The notes below the pieces were generated by a model. That model was not told the origin of the DNA. It saw nothing but the letters and a program-made list of their open reading frames with translations, and did not search any database. A program made the position numbers and the translations under genes. From NCBI GenBank assembly GCA_964291235.2, contig OZ219816.1, positions 256,001-320,000 of the forward strand: a stretch of DNA of 64,000 nt, written 5' to 3'. Every line of letters begins with the position of its first letter. Position 1 is the stretch's first letter. Origin of the DNA: Vicinamibacteria bacterium (GTDB lineage Bacteria; Acidobacteriota; Vicinamibacteria; Marinacidobacterales; Marinacidobacteraceae). Positions 1 to 9,449 of the stretch are shown piece after piece.

Positions 1-179
1 TTGGGAGTGTTCGGGTCGCGAAGGCAGTGGTAGAGGACCAGCGCCCCCCGAACCACCTCCTTGCCCGCCGCCGGGGCGAAGGTGGCGACCTTCTCCCGAA
101 AGGACTTCTTGCTGTAGGCCGCCTCGTAGTCGGGCTCGGCGGGCGGGTTCGGAACGTGGTCCCCCGCGGCGTCAGTCAC
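1..179 (-). CDS. YkvA/DUF1232 family protein, N-terminal part (runs off the window)
   Basis: Manual translation from GTG 179 gives ...YSKKSFREKVATFAPAAGKEVVRGALVLYHCLRDPNTP, the typical DUF1232 N-terminal pattern. Not in the ORF track because it is truncated. Confidence 0.75.
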   Translation of the reverse strand, partial: MTDAAGDHVPNPPAEPDYEAAYSKKSFREKVATFAPAAGKEVVRGALVLYHCLRDPNTP

Positions 180-248
180 CGGGCGTCCCTTGAACGGCAG
201 ACGGCGGGCGGGTCCTGCTTCCCGCAGCGGCTGCCGCCCGTCACCCCG

Positions 249-683
249 TCAGGTCTGGTGCCGCCGCGCCGCCAGCCCGAGCGCGGCGGCAATCAGGATC
301 AGCGCCAGCGGAACCAGCGCGGTGATGAGACCGAGGCCGATCCCGAGCGCCGGAAGCCGGAGCAGGATCACCACGGTGTTCACCAGGCTGGCCACCAGCA
401 GCAGGCGGAACAGCCGGCCCTTCCTCCGGTAGGGGCCCCACGCGATCCCGAACAGCAAGATCCCGTAGGAGAGCCCGAAGGCGGCCGCCGTGCCCCGGCG
501 GGCGGAGAGCGCCGCCGCGAGTTCGGGGTCGCCGTTCGCGACCTCGGCCGGCGTGAACCGGCCGCCGATCAGGTCGGCATCCGGGTTCAGGTAGGCGGCG
601 CTGAGCGAGGTCAGCGAAATCAGCACCGTGATGGCTCCCAGCAGGGCGAAGAGCACCCAACTGATGGTGTGCGCGTGTTTCAT
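249..683 (-). CDS. Hypothetical membrane protein (about 4 TM)
   Basis: 144 aa with four hydrophobic segments; 10 bp downstream of the amidohydrolase on the same strand. Confidence 0.7.
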   Translation of the reverse strand: MKHAHTISWVLFALLGAITVLISLTSLSAAYLNPDADLIGGRFTPAEVANGDPELAAALSARRGTAAAFGLSYGILLFGIAWGPYRRKGRLFRLLLVASLVNTVVILLRLPALGIGLGLITALVPLALILIAAALGLAARRHQT

Positions 684-693
684 GGTGGGTCGC

Positions 694-1965
694 CTACTCG
701 CCGCCGACCCAGCCGGCGCTCAGGCCGGCCCGATCCACCTCCTCGCCCCGGAGGTACACCGAGACGATGCGGCGGGTGTTCGTGATGTCATCGAGCGGAT
801 TCGCTTCGAGGACCACGAAGTCGGCGTCCTTGCCGGCCGCGACGGTGCCGGTGTTGTCCATCATCAGGTACTCGGCGGCGGCGCCGGTGGAGGCGACGAT
901 CACCTCGTGGGGGGTCATCCCGGACTCGACCATGTCCCGCATCTCGATGTGGGGCCGCCAGCCGGCGTTCCCGTCGGTCCCCATGGCGATCTTCATGCCC
1001 GCCTCGTTCAGCCGGGCGAGGTTCCTCGCCTGGATGCCGAAGGACTCGTGGGACTCCGGCCGGTCCATGTGCGCGGCCTGCGCCGCTTCGAGCGCCTCGC
1101 CGCTGAGGGTCCCCGAGAGCCAGCTCATGTCCTCGTGGGCGCCCCGGGCGCCCAGATTGGGAATCAGGACCACGTTCGGCCGTTCCTGGACCATCGCCAT
1201 GAACTCGTCGTCCACGTCCATGTCGCGGACGCTGTGGGCGAACGAGTCCACCCCGGCCTCCAGCAGTCCCTTCGCGTCCTCGAGCGAGAAGATGTGGGCC
1301 GTGACCCGGAGGCCGTGCTGGTGGGCCTCGTCGATGACCGCGCCGTACAGCTCCGGCGTCAGCTTGTCGTACTGGCCGCCCCGGTCGTCCACCCAGATCT
1401 TCACGAAGTCCACGTTGGCTCCGGCGAGTTCCTGGACCGCGGTCCGGGCTTCCTCCGGCGTGTTGATCCAGTAGGGGACTTCGGAGCGTCCGGGCTCGTG
1501 CCGGCTGATCCCGCGGCCGGCGGTCATCGCGCGCGCCGCGCCGGCGACCGGGGCGTCCCGGACGGCGGCCGTCGCGTCCCCGTCGTCGTGTCCGAGGCTC
1601 ACCGCAACGCCCACGCCGTAGTAGGCCCGCCGCTGCAGATCGTCGATCAGCGCCTCGCGCGGCACGGAGAGGTGGACGTGGGTATCAACAAGCGCCGGAA
1701 TGACCGTCTGGCCGCTGAGGTCCACGTGCGCGGCGCCCTCCGGCGCCATGACCGCGTCGGAGGCGCCCGCGGCGACGAAACGGCCGCCATCCACCACGAA
1801 GGTGGCGTTTTCGATCGGGTCGCTGCCGTCACCCACGATCAGCGTCGCCCCGTGAAACACGGTGGCGGTGGACGGCGGCGCCTCCTCGGTCGGGGCGCAG
1901 GCGCCCGCGAGCAACAAGGCGGCGGAAAGGGTGGCGCAGACCGCGCCGGTCCGGTTTCGCAACAT
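694..1965 (-). CDS. Amidohydrolase family lipoprotein
   Basis: Lipobox LAGAC; DTHVH, FVKIW, TAH, FAH and GTDG metal-site motifs; C-terminal GKDADFVVLEANPL; AGGAG SD upstream. Confidence 0.9.
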   Translation of the reverse strand: MLRNRTGAVCATLSAALLLAGACAPTEEAPPSTATVFHGATLIVGDGSDPIENATFVVDGGRFVAAGASDAVMAPEGAAHVDLSGQTVIPALVDTHVHLSVPREALIDDLQRRAYYGVGVAVSLGHDDGDATAAVRDAPVAGAARAMTAGRGISRHEPGRSEVPYWINTPEEARTAVQELAGANVDFVKIWVDDRGGQYDKLTPELYGAVIDEAHQHGLRVTAHIFSLEDAKGLLEAGVDSFAHSVRDMDVDDEFMAMVQERPNVVLIPNLGARGAHEDMSWLSGTLSGEALEAAQAAHMDRPESHESFGIQARNLARLNEAGMKIAMGTDGNAGWRPHIEMRDMVESGMTPHEVIVASTGAAAEYLMMDNTGTVAAGKDADFVVLEANPLDDITNTRRIVSVYLRGEEVDRAGLSAGWVGGE

Positions 1966-2318
1966 GGCGTCTCCTCCTGATCTTGCGGCGGGGTCCCGGA
2001 CCCGGCCGCGGGGGCTTCGATTCGAAAAGGAGAGCCTACCGGCTCTTGGGCCGTCCCCGCACCCGTGGGCGGCTCGGGCGCCCAGCCCGTGCTCCGGTAG
2101 AGCGACGCGGAGCGTCCCTTCAGCCCGAGTTTTCCCCTCGGAGGCCGTCCATTCCGTCCAGGGAAAGTGAGGGAGAGATCCTGTCTCCCGGTAGCCGCAT
2201 CAGCGGACAGTTCGTGCGTCCGCAACCGCCGGGAGCGGAAGGCGCGCTCTTTCAAGCGCTTGCGCAAGCGGGAGCCGGTGCGGCGACCGCCTATACTGCG
2301 ACTCGAGAGGTCCGATCG

Positions 2319-2684
2319 ATGGCGTCCGAGGTCGCAGCCGCGCAGGTTCAGGCGACGCTGGTGGAATACCGGACCATGTTCGCCGAGCGCGACCGGCAAC
2401 TGGATGCGAGGTTCGCCGAGCGCGACCAGAAGCTGGATGCGATGTTCGCCGAGCGTGACCAGAAGCTGGATGCGATGTTCGCCGAGCGCGACCGGAGACT
2501 GGACGCAATCAGCGCCGAACACGAACGGAGACTGGATGCGTTGACCGCCGAGATGCGGGCGGGCTTTGGGGTCATGAACGCGCGGATCGACGCACTCCAG
2601 CGGGAGTTGCGGCTGATCTGGGGCGCGCTCGGAGCCCTGATCACGCTGCTGACGGTGGTCTTCGGCTTCTTGTTCCGCGGCTGA
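2319..2684 (+). CDS. Coiled-coil protein with C-terminal TM anchor and 11-aa repeats (CCDC90/DUF1640-like architecture)
   Basis: ATG 2319 with GAGAGG SD and TATACT at 2292; repeats of MFAERDQKLDA; hydrophobic tail LIWGALGALITLLTVVFGFLF. Confidence 0.75.
   Translation: MASEVAAAQVQATLVEYRTMFAERDRQLDARFAERDQKLDAMFAERDQKLDAMFAERDRRLDAISAEHERRLDALTAEMRAGFGVMNARIDALQRELRLIWGALGALITLLTVVFGFLFRG
2376..2540 (+). repeat. 33-bp tandem repeat, about 5 units (coding VNTR)
   Basis: Unit ATGTTCGCCGAGCGCGACCAGAAGCTGGATGCG read directly; the last unit is degenerate. Confidence 0.9.
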
Positions 2685-2718
2685 ACGGGCATCATCCCCG
2701 GAACGAGGAGCCGGGGTC

Positions 2719-4711
2719 ATGAGACAGCACCGTTATTTCGTCGTCGCAGCCGGATACGCGCTCGCCGCGGGGCTCGCGTGTTCCCCGGAGGGAAGCGACC
2801 CACCGCCCGAGGCGGGCGATACCGCCGGGGACGCGGCTGCCGGCCCGATCGGCGCCGCCGAACTGATGGACCTGCGCGCCGCGGTCGGGGGAAGCCGTTC
2901 CCCGCAGTGGGCGCCGGACGGATCCCTCATCACCTTCATCTCCGCCGCGGGCGACCTCGCCGGTGTGGACCCCGAGGGCGGGTCGTTCCGGGTTCTCACC
3001 CCGGACCTGACCCTCAGCGGGGTGGGATCGCTGGGGGCCCCGCAGCCGGTGTGGTCGCCCGACGGCGCTTCGTCGCCTACACCACCGACCGCGGCGGCGC
3101 GCCGGACATCTGGCTGTGGTCGGCCGAGGACGGTACGGACCGGCGGCTCACCCGGCTCTCGGCGCGGGCGAACGGGCTCGCCTGGTCTCCGGACGGAGCC
3201 TGGATCGCGTTCGCGGGCGACCGGTTCGGCAGCATGGACATCTGGAAGGTGTCGGTCCCCGGGGGAGAGGTGCACCGGCTGACCAGCGGCCCGCTCTACG
3301 AGGGGTATCCGAGCTGGGCTCCGGACTCCGGGGCGCTCTATTTCGTTCGCATGGACGACCGCTGGGTGGATCACGACGTGATCGAGATCACCCCCGACGG
3401 CCGGAATCCGCGCACCGTGCTGGCGGACCGCGGCTTCTTCGACTACCGCGCGGGCCGGGCGTTCGGCGCCGTCCAACCGTCCCCCGACGGCGAGCGCCTG
3501 CTCTTCCGCTCCCAGCGCAGCGGCTGGCTGAACTTCTGGATCGCGCCGCGCGCGGGGGGTGAAGCCCCGGCCGCTCGCGGCTGCGGACCATGACCAGAGC
3601 GACGCCCGCTGGTCGCCCGACGGCACCTGGGTCAGCTACACCGAGAACCGCGGCGGCGTGCATTCCCTGCGGCTGGCGGCGGCGGACGGGTCCGGGGGCC
3701 GGACGCTCGTGGAGCGGGAAACTGGAGCGGCGCTCCGTCCCGAGTGGTCACCCGAGGGGGAACCGGATCAGCTACACCTTCGAGACCCCGGCGCGTCCCG
3801 CGGAGCTCTTCGTGCTCGACGTGGCTTCGGGAGAGAGTGCGCTGGTCCACAGCGAGATCGGGGCGGATGCCGACCCCCGGATCCGGCTCCCCGAAAAAGT
3901 CCACTACCCGAGCACCGACGACCTCACCATCGAGGCCTACCTGCACCGGCCGCCGGACGCGGCTCCCGGCGAACGCTTCCCCGGCCTGCTCTGGATCCAC
4001 GGCGGACCGACGTCCCAGTTCGACGACCAGTTCCGCCGGCATCAGCAGGTCCACTTCTTCGCCGAGCGCGGTTACGTCGTGCTGATGCCGAACATTCGCG
4101 GCAGCTCCGGCTACGGCCTCGAGTTCGAGGACCTCAACAACGGCTGCTGGGGCCACTGTGACCTCGAGGACATCCTCGCCGGGGTGGACTTCCTGAAGAG
4201 CCGTTCCGACGTGGACCCCGACCGGATCGGGGTCACCGGAACCAGCTACGGCGGGATCATGACCATGGCGGCGGTCGCCTTCGCCCCCGATGTCTTCCAG
4301 GCGGCCATCTCGCTGTCGGGCTACGGCGACATGACCGAGTTCCACACCACGGTTCAGGAGCTCCAGCACATCAAGCTGGTCGAGTACGAGCTCGGCCCGT
4401 ATCCCGAAAACCTCGAGACGTACCTGACCACCTCGGCCATCCTGAAGGCGCACCAGGTCACGACCCCGACGTTCGTGATCCAGGGTGAAGGAGTGGCGGC
4501 CGGCTGGCGGATGCGCGAAGGCCAACCGCAGGCCGCGCTGACCTTCGCGCGCAAGCTCGACCAGTACTACAAGATCGTGCGCTACAAGGCGTATCCGAAC
4601 GAGGGGTACTACGTCTACGGGAGGGAGAACACGATCCAGAAACTCCACGACATGCTGGATTTCTTCAAGGAATTCCTGGTCACCGACATCCGCTACCCGG
4701 CCGAGGAGTAA
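2719..4711 (+). CDS. S9 peptidase-like lipoprotein (WD40/PD40 propeller + alpha/beta hydrolase), split by 3 apparent frameshifts (~3066, ~3565, ~3757)
   Basis: Lipobox GLAC; repeated WSPDG motifs continue across four ORF-track frames; IHGGP, NIRGSSGYG and GTSYGG motifs. Confidence 0.85.
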
Positions 4712-4757
4712 TCCTCGGCGCCGACGGCCGGACTACCGGCCCGGATCCGGCCGGTCA

Positions 4758-5483
4758 TCAGCCTGAGGCGCCGCCTTCCGCCGCGGATGGCCGCAGGACC
4801 CGCATTCCCAGCCAGCCCATGAACAGGTCCCACGAGGCGTGGAACACGACCCCCGGCCAGACGGACCCGGTCTCGAGCACCACGAATCCCCACGCCAGCG
4901 CTCCCCCGGCCGCCCCGACCACCCCCCGCCGTCCCTGGTAGGCGTGCGCGGCCCCGAAGAAGAGGGCCGGCAAGCCGATCGCGAACGCAGCTCCTTCCCA
5001 CCCGGGGCCCAGCCAGCCGTAGAGGACGGCGATCATGAAGCCGCGATAGGCGATCTCCTCGCCAACCCCCGCGCTCAGGGCCAGGACCGCGTATCCCCGG
5101 AACTCGGAGGCCGAGACCGGCACGAACGGCGTCTCGATCCGGAGTCGCTTTCGGGTGGCGGCGATCCGCGAGGGCGCCACCCGCCGGGATGCGTCCGTGG
5201 CCAGAGCGACGAGAAGCAGGAGAAAGGCCCCGACCGCGGGCCAGGTCCAGCGCGGGACTCCCAGGCCCAGCCCGGTCCAGCTGCGCCCGGCGAGGCCCCA
5301 CCAGATCACGGTCCCCGCGGCGAGAATCCACAGGACCACGCTGCCGCTCCGATAGATGGAGCGCTTTTCGGCGGCGGTGAGTTCTGCCGGCGCCTGCCGG
5401 CGGGCGTCGCGAAGGGCGAGGGCTCCCGACCACGCCGAGGCCCCCGAGACCAGGATCAGCACGCCCAGCCAAATGGCGTCCAT
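4758..5483 (-). CDS. CPBP/Abi (CAAX-like) intramembrane metalloprotease
   Basis: EEIAYRG, FGAAHAYQG and HASWD motifs; multiple TM segments; start uncertain. Confidence 0.88.
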   Translation of the reverse strand: MDAIWLGVLILVSGASAWSGALALRDARRQAPAELTAAEKRSIYRSGSVVLWILAAGTVIWWGLAGRSWTGLGLGVPRWTWPAVGAFLLLLVALATDASRRVAPSRIAATRKRLRIETPFVPVSASEFRGYAVLALSAGVGEEIAYRGFMIAVLYGWLGPGWEGAAFAIGLPALFFGAAHAYQGRRGVVGAAGGALAWGFVVLETGSVWPGVVFHASWDLFMGWLGMRVLRPSAAEGGASG

Positions 5484-5648
5484 CAGTCCGGGTTCGATGC
5501 GCTCCAGCTTCCTGCGTCCCTCGTTGCGGCGCGGAGTATAGGGAGCCGCGGGCGGTGGGCCGGGTGAGGCCGCCAAGGCGACCCAGGTCCTGCGGCCGCC
5601 AGACCGCGATCTCGCGTCCGTGGCGCGGGGGGCCGGAAGCGCCCCGCA

Positions 5649-6806
5649 TCAAAGGCCTTCGGCCACCAGTCGTTCGAGCCCGATGGCCTCCACGTCTTCG
5701 TGCAGCGGGAAGCGGCCGTCGCCGGGGAAGATGACGAAGAGCCGCTCAAGCTTGAGGTCGGTGAGCGCCGAATGCATGGAGCGCGTCATTTGCGGGGCGC
5801 TGGTGCGCTTGAACTCGAACCCCCAGCGACGGCCGCCGTCGAGTGCCAGCAAATCCAGCTCCGCGCCTCCGTGTGTACCCCAGTAGTAGCAATTCTCCCA
5901 GGCGAATCCGAGGCGATGGACGACCTCGTGGAGGGCGAAACCCTCCCAGGAGAGGCCCGACTTCGGGTGGCCGAGCAGCGCCTCGGAAGATTCGAGGCCC
6001 AGGAGCGCGTGCAGGAGGCCGGAATCGGCCAGGTACACCTTCGGCGCCTTGACCTGCCGCTTCTTCAGGTTTTGGAACCAGGGCACCAGACGCCGCACCA
6101 CCAGCGCATCCACGAGAGCGTCGAGGTAGGTCGCGACCGTCGGAGCGGTGACACCGAGGGCGCGAGCCAGCTCGGCGTGATTCCAGACGCTCCCGTGATA
6201 GTGCGCCACCATCGTCCAGAAGCGCCGCATGGTGGCCGCCGGAACCATGACGCCCAGTTGCGGGAGGTCCCGCTCCAGGAAGGTCCGGATGAAGGTGGCG
6301 CGCCAGCGCAGACTCCGGCGGTCATCCACGGCGAAGAACGAGCGGGGAAACCCACCCCGAAGCCAGAGCCGCTCCGCGACTCCGGAACCTGTCCCGACCT
6401 CGCCAAACCGGAACGGCGGAAGTTCGTGGTACGCGATGCGCCCCGCCAGGCTCTCGGACGACTGGCGCAGCAGCGCCGGGCTCGCACTTCCGAGGATGAG
6501 GAAGCGGGCCGGGTTGTCGGGGCGGTCCACGAGCACCCGAAGGAGACCGAAGATCTCCTCATGGCGTTGCACCTCGTCAACGACGACCAGGCCGCGAAGA
6601 GGCGCCAGGGCGAGCTTGGCGTCCGCCAGTCGGCGCTCGTGGGTCGGGTCCTCCAGGTCGAAGACGGTCACCGGTCCCGGCAGGTCCGCGATCAGTCGGC
6701 GGGCGAGGGTTGTCTTGCCCACCTGGCGCGCCCCCACGATCGCGACCACCGGGAAGTCTTCGAGGAGTTCCCGGACCTGCGCCTCGTGTTCCCGGCGAAC
6801 GATCAT
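5649..6806 (-). CDS. AAA_14 ATPase + wHTH + DUF4143 (PD-(D/E)xK-like C-terminus)
   Basis: Walker A GARQVGKT, Walker B VVVDEVQ, ILGSAS, RGGFP, KAPKVYLADSG, C-terminal ELDLL..GFEFK. Confidence 0.9.
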   Translation of the reverse strand: MIVRREHEAQVRELLEDFPVVAIVGARQVGKTTLARRLIADLPGPVTVFDLEDPTHERRLADAKLALAPLRGLVVVDEVQRHEEIFGLLRVLVDRPDNPARFLILGSASPALLRQSSESLAGRIAYHELPPFRFGEVGTGSGVAERLWLRGGFPRSFFAVDDRRSLRWRATFIRTFLERDLPQLGVMVPAATMRRFWTMVAHYHGSVWNHAELARALGVTAPTVATYLDALVDALVVRRLVPWFQNLKKRQVKAPKVYLADSGLLHALLGLESSEALLGHPKSGLSWEGFALHEVVHRLGFAWENCYYWGTHGGAELDLLALDGGRRWGFEFKRTSAPQMTRSMHSALTDLKLERLFVIFPGDGRFPLHEDVEAIGLERLVAEGL

Positions 6807-6819
6807 GGCGTGATGATAG

Positions 6820-6852
6820 TTGAAAATCAAAAATAGAGTTTTTGATTTTCAA
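6820..6852. promoter_or_regulatory. Perfect 14-bp AT-rich inverted repeat (putative operator) next to the -10 box of the AAA-DUF4143 gene
   Basis: TTGAAAATCAAAAA-TAGAG-TTTTTGATTTTCAA; TATCAT on the minus strand at 6813-6818. Confidence 0.7.
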
Positions 6853-7011
6853 GATTCGATGCGACCCCTGTCGGTAGAGGTCGCTCCTGGTTCGCCGGAG
6901 ATTTCCACCGCCGCAGGCCGCAGTTGGATGGCCCCGGTTTCCTTGGCGCAGCGGCGGGAGCGGGCACCTGCGTTTGGGTCCGGCCCCGACGGCGCGAGCG
7001 CTGGAGCCAAA

Positions 7012-7213
7012 GGGGGGAAAGTGTGAAAGGGGGGCTCGCCCCCCGTTCACAAAACGACTCCTCCAATCGAAACTCGCCGAAGCGCGCCGCGCGCGCGAGG
7101 GAGTTGCGATTGCCGACGCGTAGCGTCGGGCGGTTCGGGAGCGGGGCACCGCGATCGGTCCCGGCGGCGCAACGGCACTGGCGCCGGAGTCCGGCCCCGC
7201 TCCCGGACCGCTC
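7012..7213 (+). repeat. Multi-hairpin interspersed element, family A, diverged copy 1
   Basis: Matches the reverse complement of 35965-36183 and 36297-36516 (GGGGGAAAGTGTGAAAGGGGG...GTTCACAA...CCGGACCGCTC). Confidence 0.8.
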
Positions 7214-7216
7214 GGA

Positions 7217-9274
7217 CTACTGCGGTTCGCCCAGGTTCACCGGCTCCGGGTCCACCAGCTTCACGGCCCAGAGGCCCGAGTGGTGGTCGGCGACGAAGAT
7301 GTGGTCCTTGTAGGGCTGCGGCCCCCAGACCATCGCGGCGTTCGGGATGAAGCTCTCCGGATCCTGCGGCCAGAAGACCGCGATCTCACGCCCCTGCCGG
7401 TAGAGGTCGCCCCGCATTTCGCCGGAAATGTCCACCACCCGCAGGCCGCCGTTGTAATAGCCGATGTAGAGGATGTCGTCCTCCACCCACAGGTTGTGGG
7501 TCCCCGCCTCCGGCACCTGGTAGCGCGCCACCTCGCGGGGCTCTTCCCACTCGTCCCACTCGTAGATGTGGATCCAGCCGGCGGCCCGGTCGGGGGTGTT
7601 CGACTCTCCGATCGTCTGGTAGGGGAACGCCTCGTCGCCGCCGATCATCAGGAACTTTCCGGTGGACTGGCTCCGGTAGGGATAGGCCGCGTGGTTCCAA
7701 CCGCTGGGATAACGGGTCCGCCCCAACTCGACGGGGTTGTTGGGAGCGCCGCCCTGGCCGCCGCCGCCCACGTCCACCGCGACGATCCCGTCGTCCCAGT
7801 TGGACGAATACGCGATCCCGTCCACCACCCAGACGTCATGGATGGAGTGGCCCGGGGTGTCCAGTTCGAAGCGGCCGACCCGGTAGGGGTTCTCCGGATC
7901 CTCGGCGTTCAGGATGTCGAAGCGGCGTCCCGCCGAGAGCGCGTAGATGTGGTCCTCGGCGATGAAGACGTTGTGGACGCCGCCGGTGAGCTGGTCGTCG
8001 TAGCGGGCGATCACCTGCACTCCGCTCTGCGGATCGCTCACGTCCAGGATCACCAGACCGTTCTTCCGGTTCGAGGCGCCCTCCCGGCTGATCACGCAGA
8101 ACTTGCCGTCTTCCGAGACCTTCACGTCGTTGACGGTCCGGGCGTCCACCCGCACCGTATCGATGAGAGCCATCGCCGCCGGATCGGTGACGTCCCAGAA
8201 GTAGGCGTGGCCGTCGGCGCCCCAGGTGCCGGTCACCGCGTAGTCCCGGCCGTCGTTGCCCTCCCAGACCCAGAGGTCCGAGGTGTACCGGTCCCGGACC
8301 GGCGCCTGCCCCACGATCTCGACGTCCTTCCGCACCTTCCGCGACACCACCGCCACGGTGGCGCTCGCCGACGTGGTGAAACCGTCGGCGATGACGGTGT
8401 GCGTTCCCGAACGCTCGGCGACGAAGGCGCCGTCCGCATCCACCTGGCCGATGGCGCCGGGCGCCACGATCCCGTCCGCCGGAATGCCGAGGGTCGCGAA
8501 CTGGATCGGGTAGTCCGGCACCGCGTTTCCGGAGGCGTCGGTGGCCTCCGCCTCGAAAAACACCACGTCGCCGGTGCGCACGGACTCGTCCGGCGCCCCG
8601 TTCAGCATGATCGAGGCGACCGGGTTGGCCAATACCTCGATGGAGACGTCGCTCGACGCCTCTTCCGCCGAGACGGTCAGGGTCGTCCGGCCGGCGCTCG
8701 TCAGGACCAGCACTCCGAGTTCGTCCACGCTCGCCACCGACGAATCAGCGGTGCTCCAGCCTATTTCCACGTCGCTCCGGGCAGCGCCCGACGTGTCCGT
8801 AACCGCCGTCCGGAGTCCGATCTCGGTCCCCGCGTAGAGATGGCCGGGAAGGTTCGTGACCTCGACCGACGCGACCGGCGGGTTCGGGATGGTGACCGGA
8901 ATCTCGACCATGACCGCGGGTTCGGCGCGGCGGTCGGTGTGCTCCGGATTCCGGGGCACCATGGCGATCAGGGTGTGTTCCCCCGGCCCGAACGCCTCCA
9001 CCATGCCGGCGGGGTTCACACCCACCGAGCGCCGCTGGCGCGAGAAGAACACCACCGTGCGTTCCATCGCGTTGCCGTCGGCGTCGCGCACCTCGGCCTC
9101 GAGAGTGGCGGTCGCCCCCACCTCGAGCGTCAGTTCACTCGGGGTGATGACGAGTTCGGTGGGTTCAGGGCCGCTGGCTTCCTCCGCTTCCTCCTGCGCA
9201 AACGCGGGAAAGGCGAGGAGCAGCAGCGCCGCGGCGGCGACGGAGGTGAGATGAAAGCGGGAATTTCGGGTCAT
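7217..9274 (-). CDS. Secreted Ig-like (Big_2) + LVIVD-repeat beta-propeller protein, paralog 1
   Basis: Signal peptide ending AFA-Q; Ig-like segments (ELVITPSELTLEVG, WSTADSSVASVD); LVILDVSDP and LRVVDIS repeats; conserved His motifs. Confidence 0.85.
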   Translation of the reverse strand: MTRNSRFHLTSVAAAALLLLAFPAFAQEEAEEASGPEPTELVITPSELTLEVGATATLEAEVRDADGNAMERTVVFFSRQRRSVGVNPAGMVEAFGPGEHTLIAMVPRNPEHTDRRAEPAVMVEIPVTIPNPPVASVEVTNLPGHLYAGTEIGLRTAVTDTSGAARSDVEIGWSTADSSVASVDELGVLVLTSAGRTTLTVSAEEASSDVSIEVLANPVASIMLNGAPDESVRTGDVVFFEAEATDASGNAVPDYPIQFATLGIPADGIVAPGAIGQVDADGAFVAERSGTHTVIADGFTTSASATVAVVSRKVRKDVEIVGQAPVRDRYTSDLWVWEGNDGRDYAVTGTWGADGHAYFWDVTDPAAMALIDTVRVDARTVNDVKVSEDGKFCVISREGASNRKNGLVILDVSDPQSGVQVIARYDDQLTGGVHNVFIAEDHIYALSAGRRFDILNAEDPENPYRVGRFELDTPGHSIHDVWVVDGIAYSSNWDDGIVAVDVGGGGQGGAPNNPVELGRTRYPSGWNHAAYPYRSQSTGKFLMIGGDEAFPYQTIGESNTPDRAAGWIHIYEWDEWEEPREVARYQVPEAGTHNLWVEDDILYIGYYNGGLRVVDISGEMRGDLYRQGREIAVFWPQDPESFIPNAAMVWGPQPYKDHIFVADHHSGLWAVKLVDPEPVNLGEPQ

Positions 9275-9449
9275 GGTTACGCGGTCCCTCTGTGCACGGG
9301 AATATACGCCCGCCCACGATCGGGGCCATCTCCGCCTCGACTTTTCCACACCGGCGCCCACAGTGAGAAGGAACGAGCCGGAATTCCGTCTATGGGATAA
9401 GCGGGAGACGCCCTCGGTCTTCCGTACGACGCATTCCCCGGAGGAGTTC

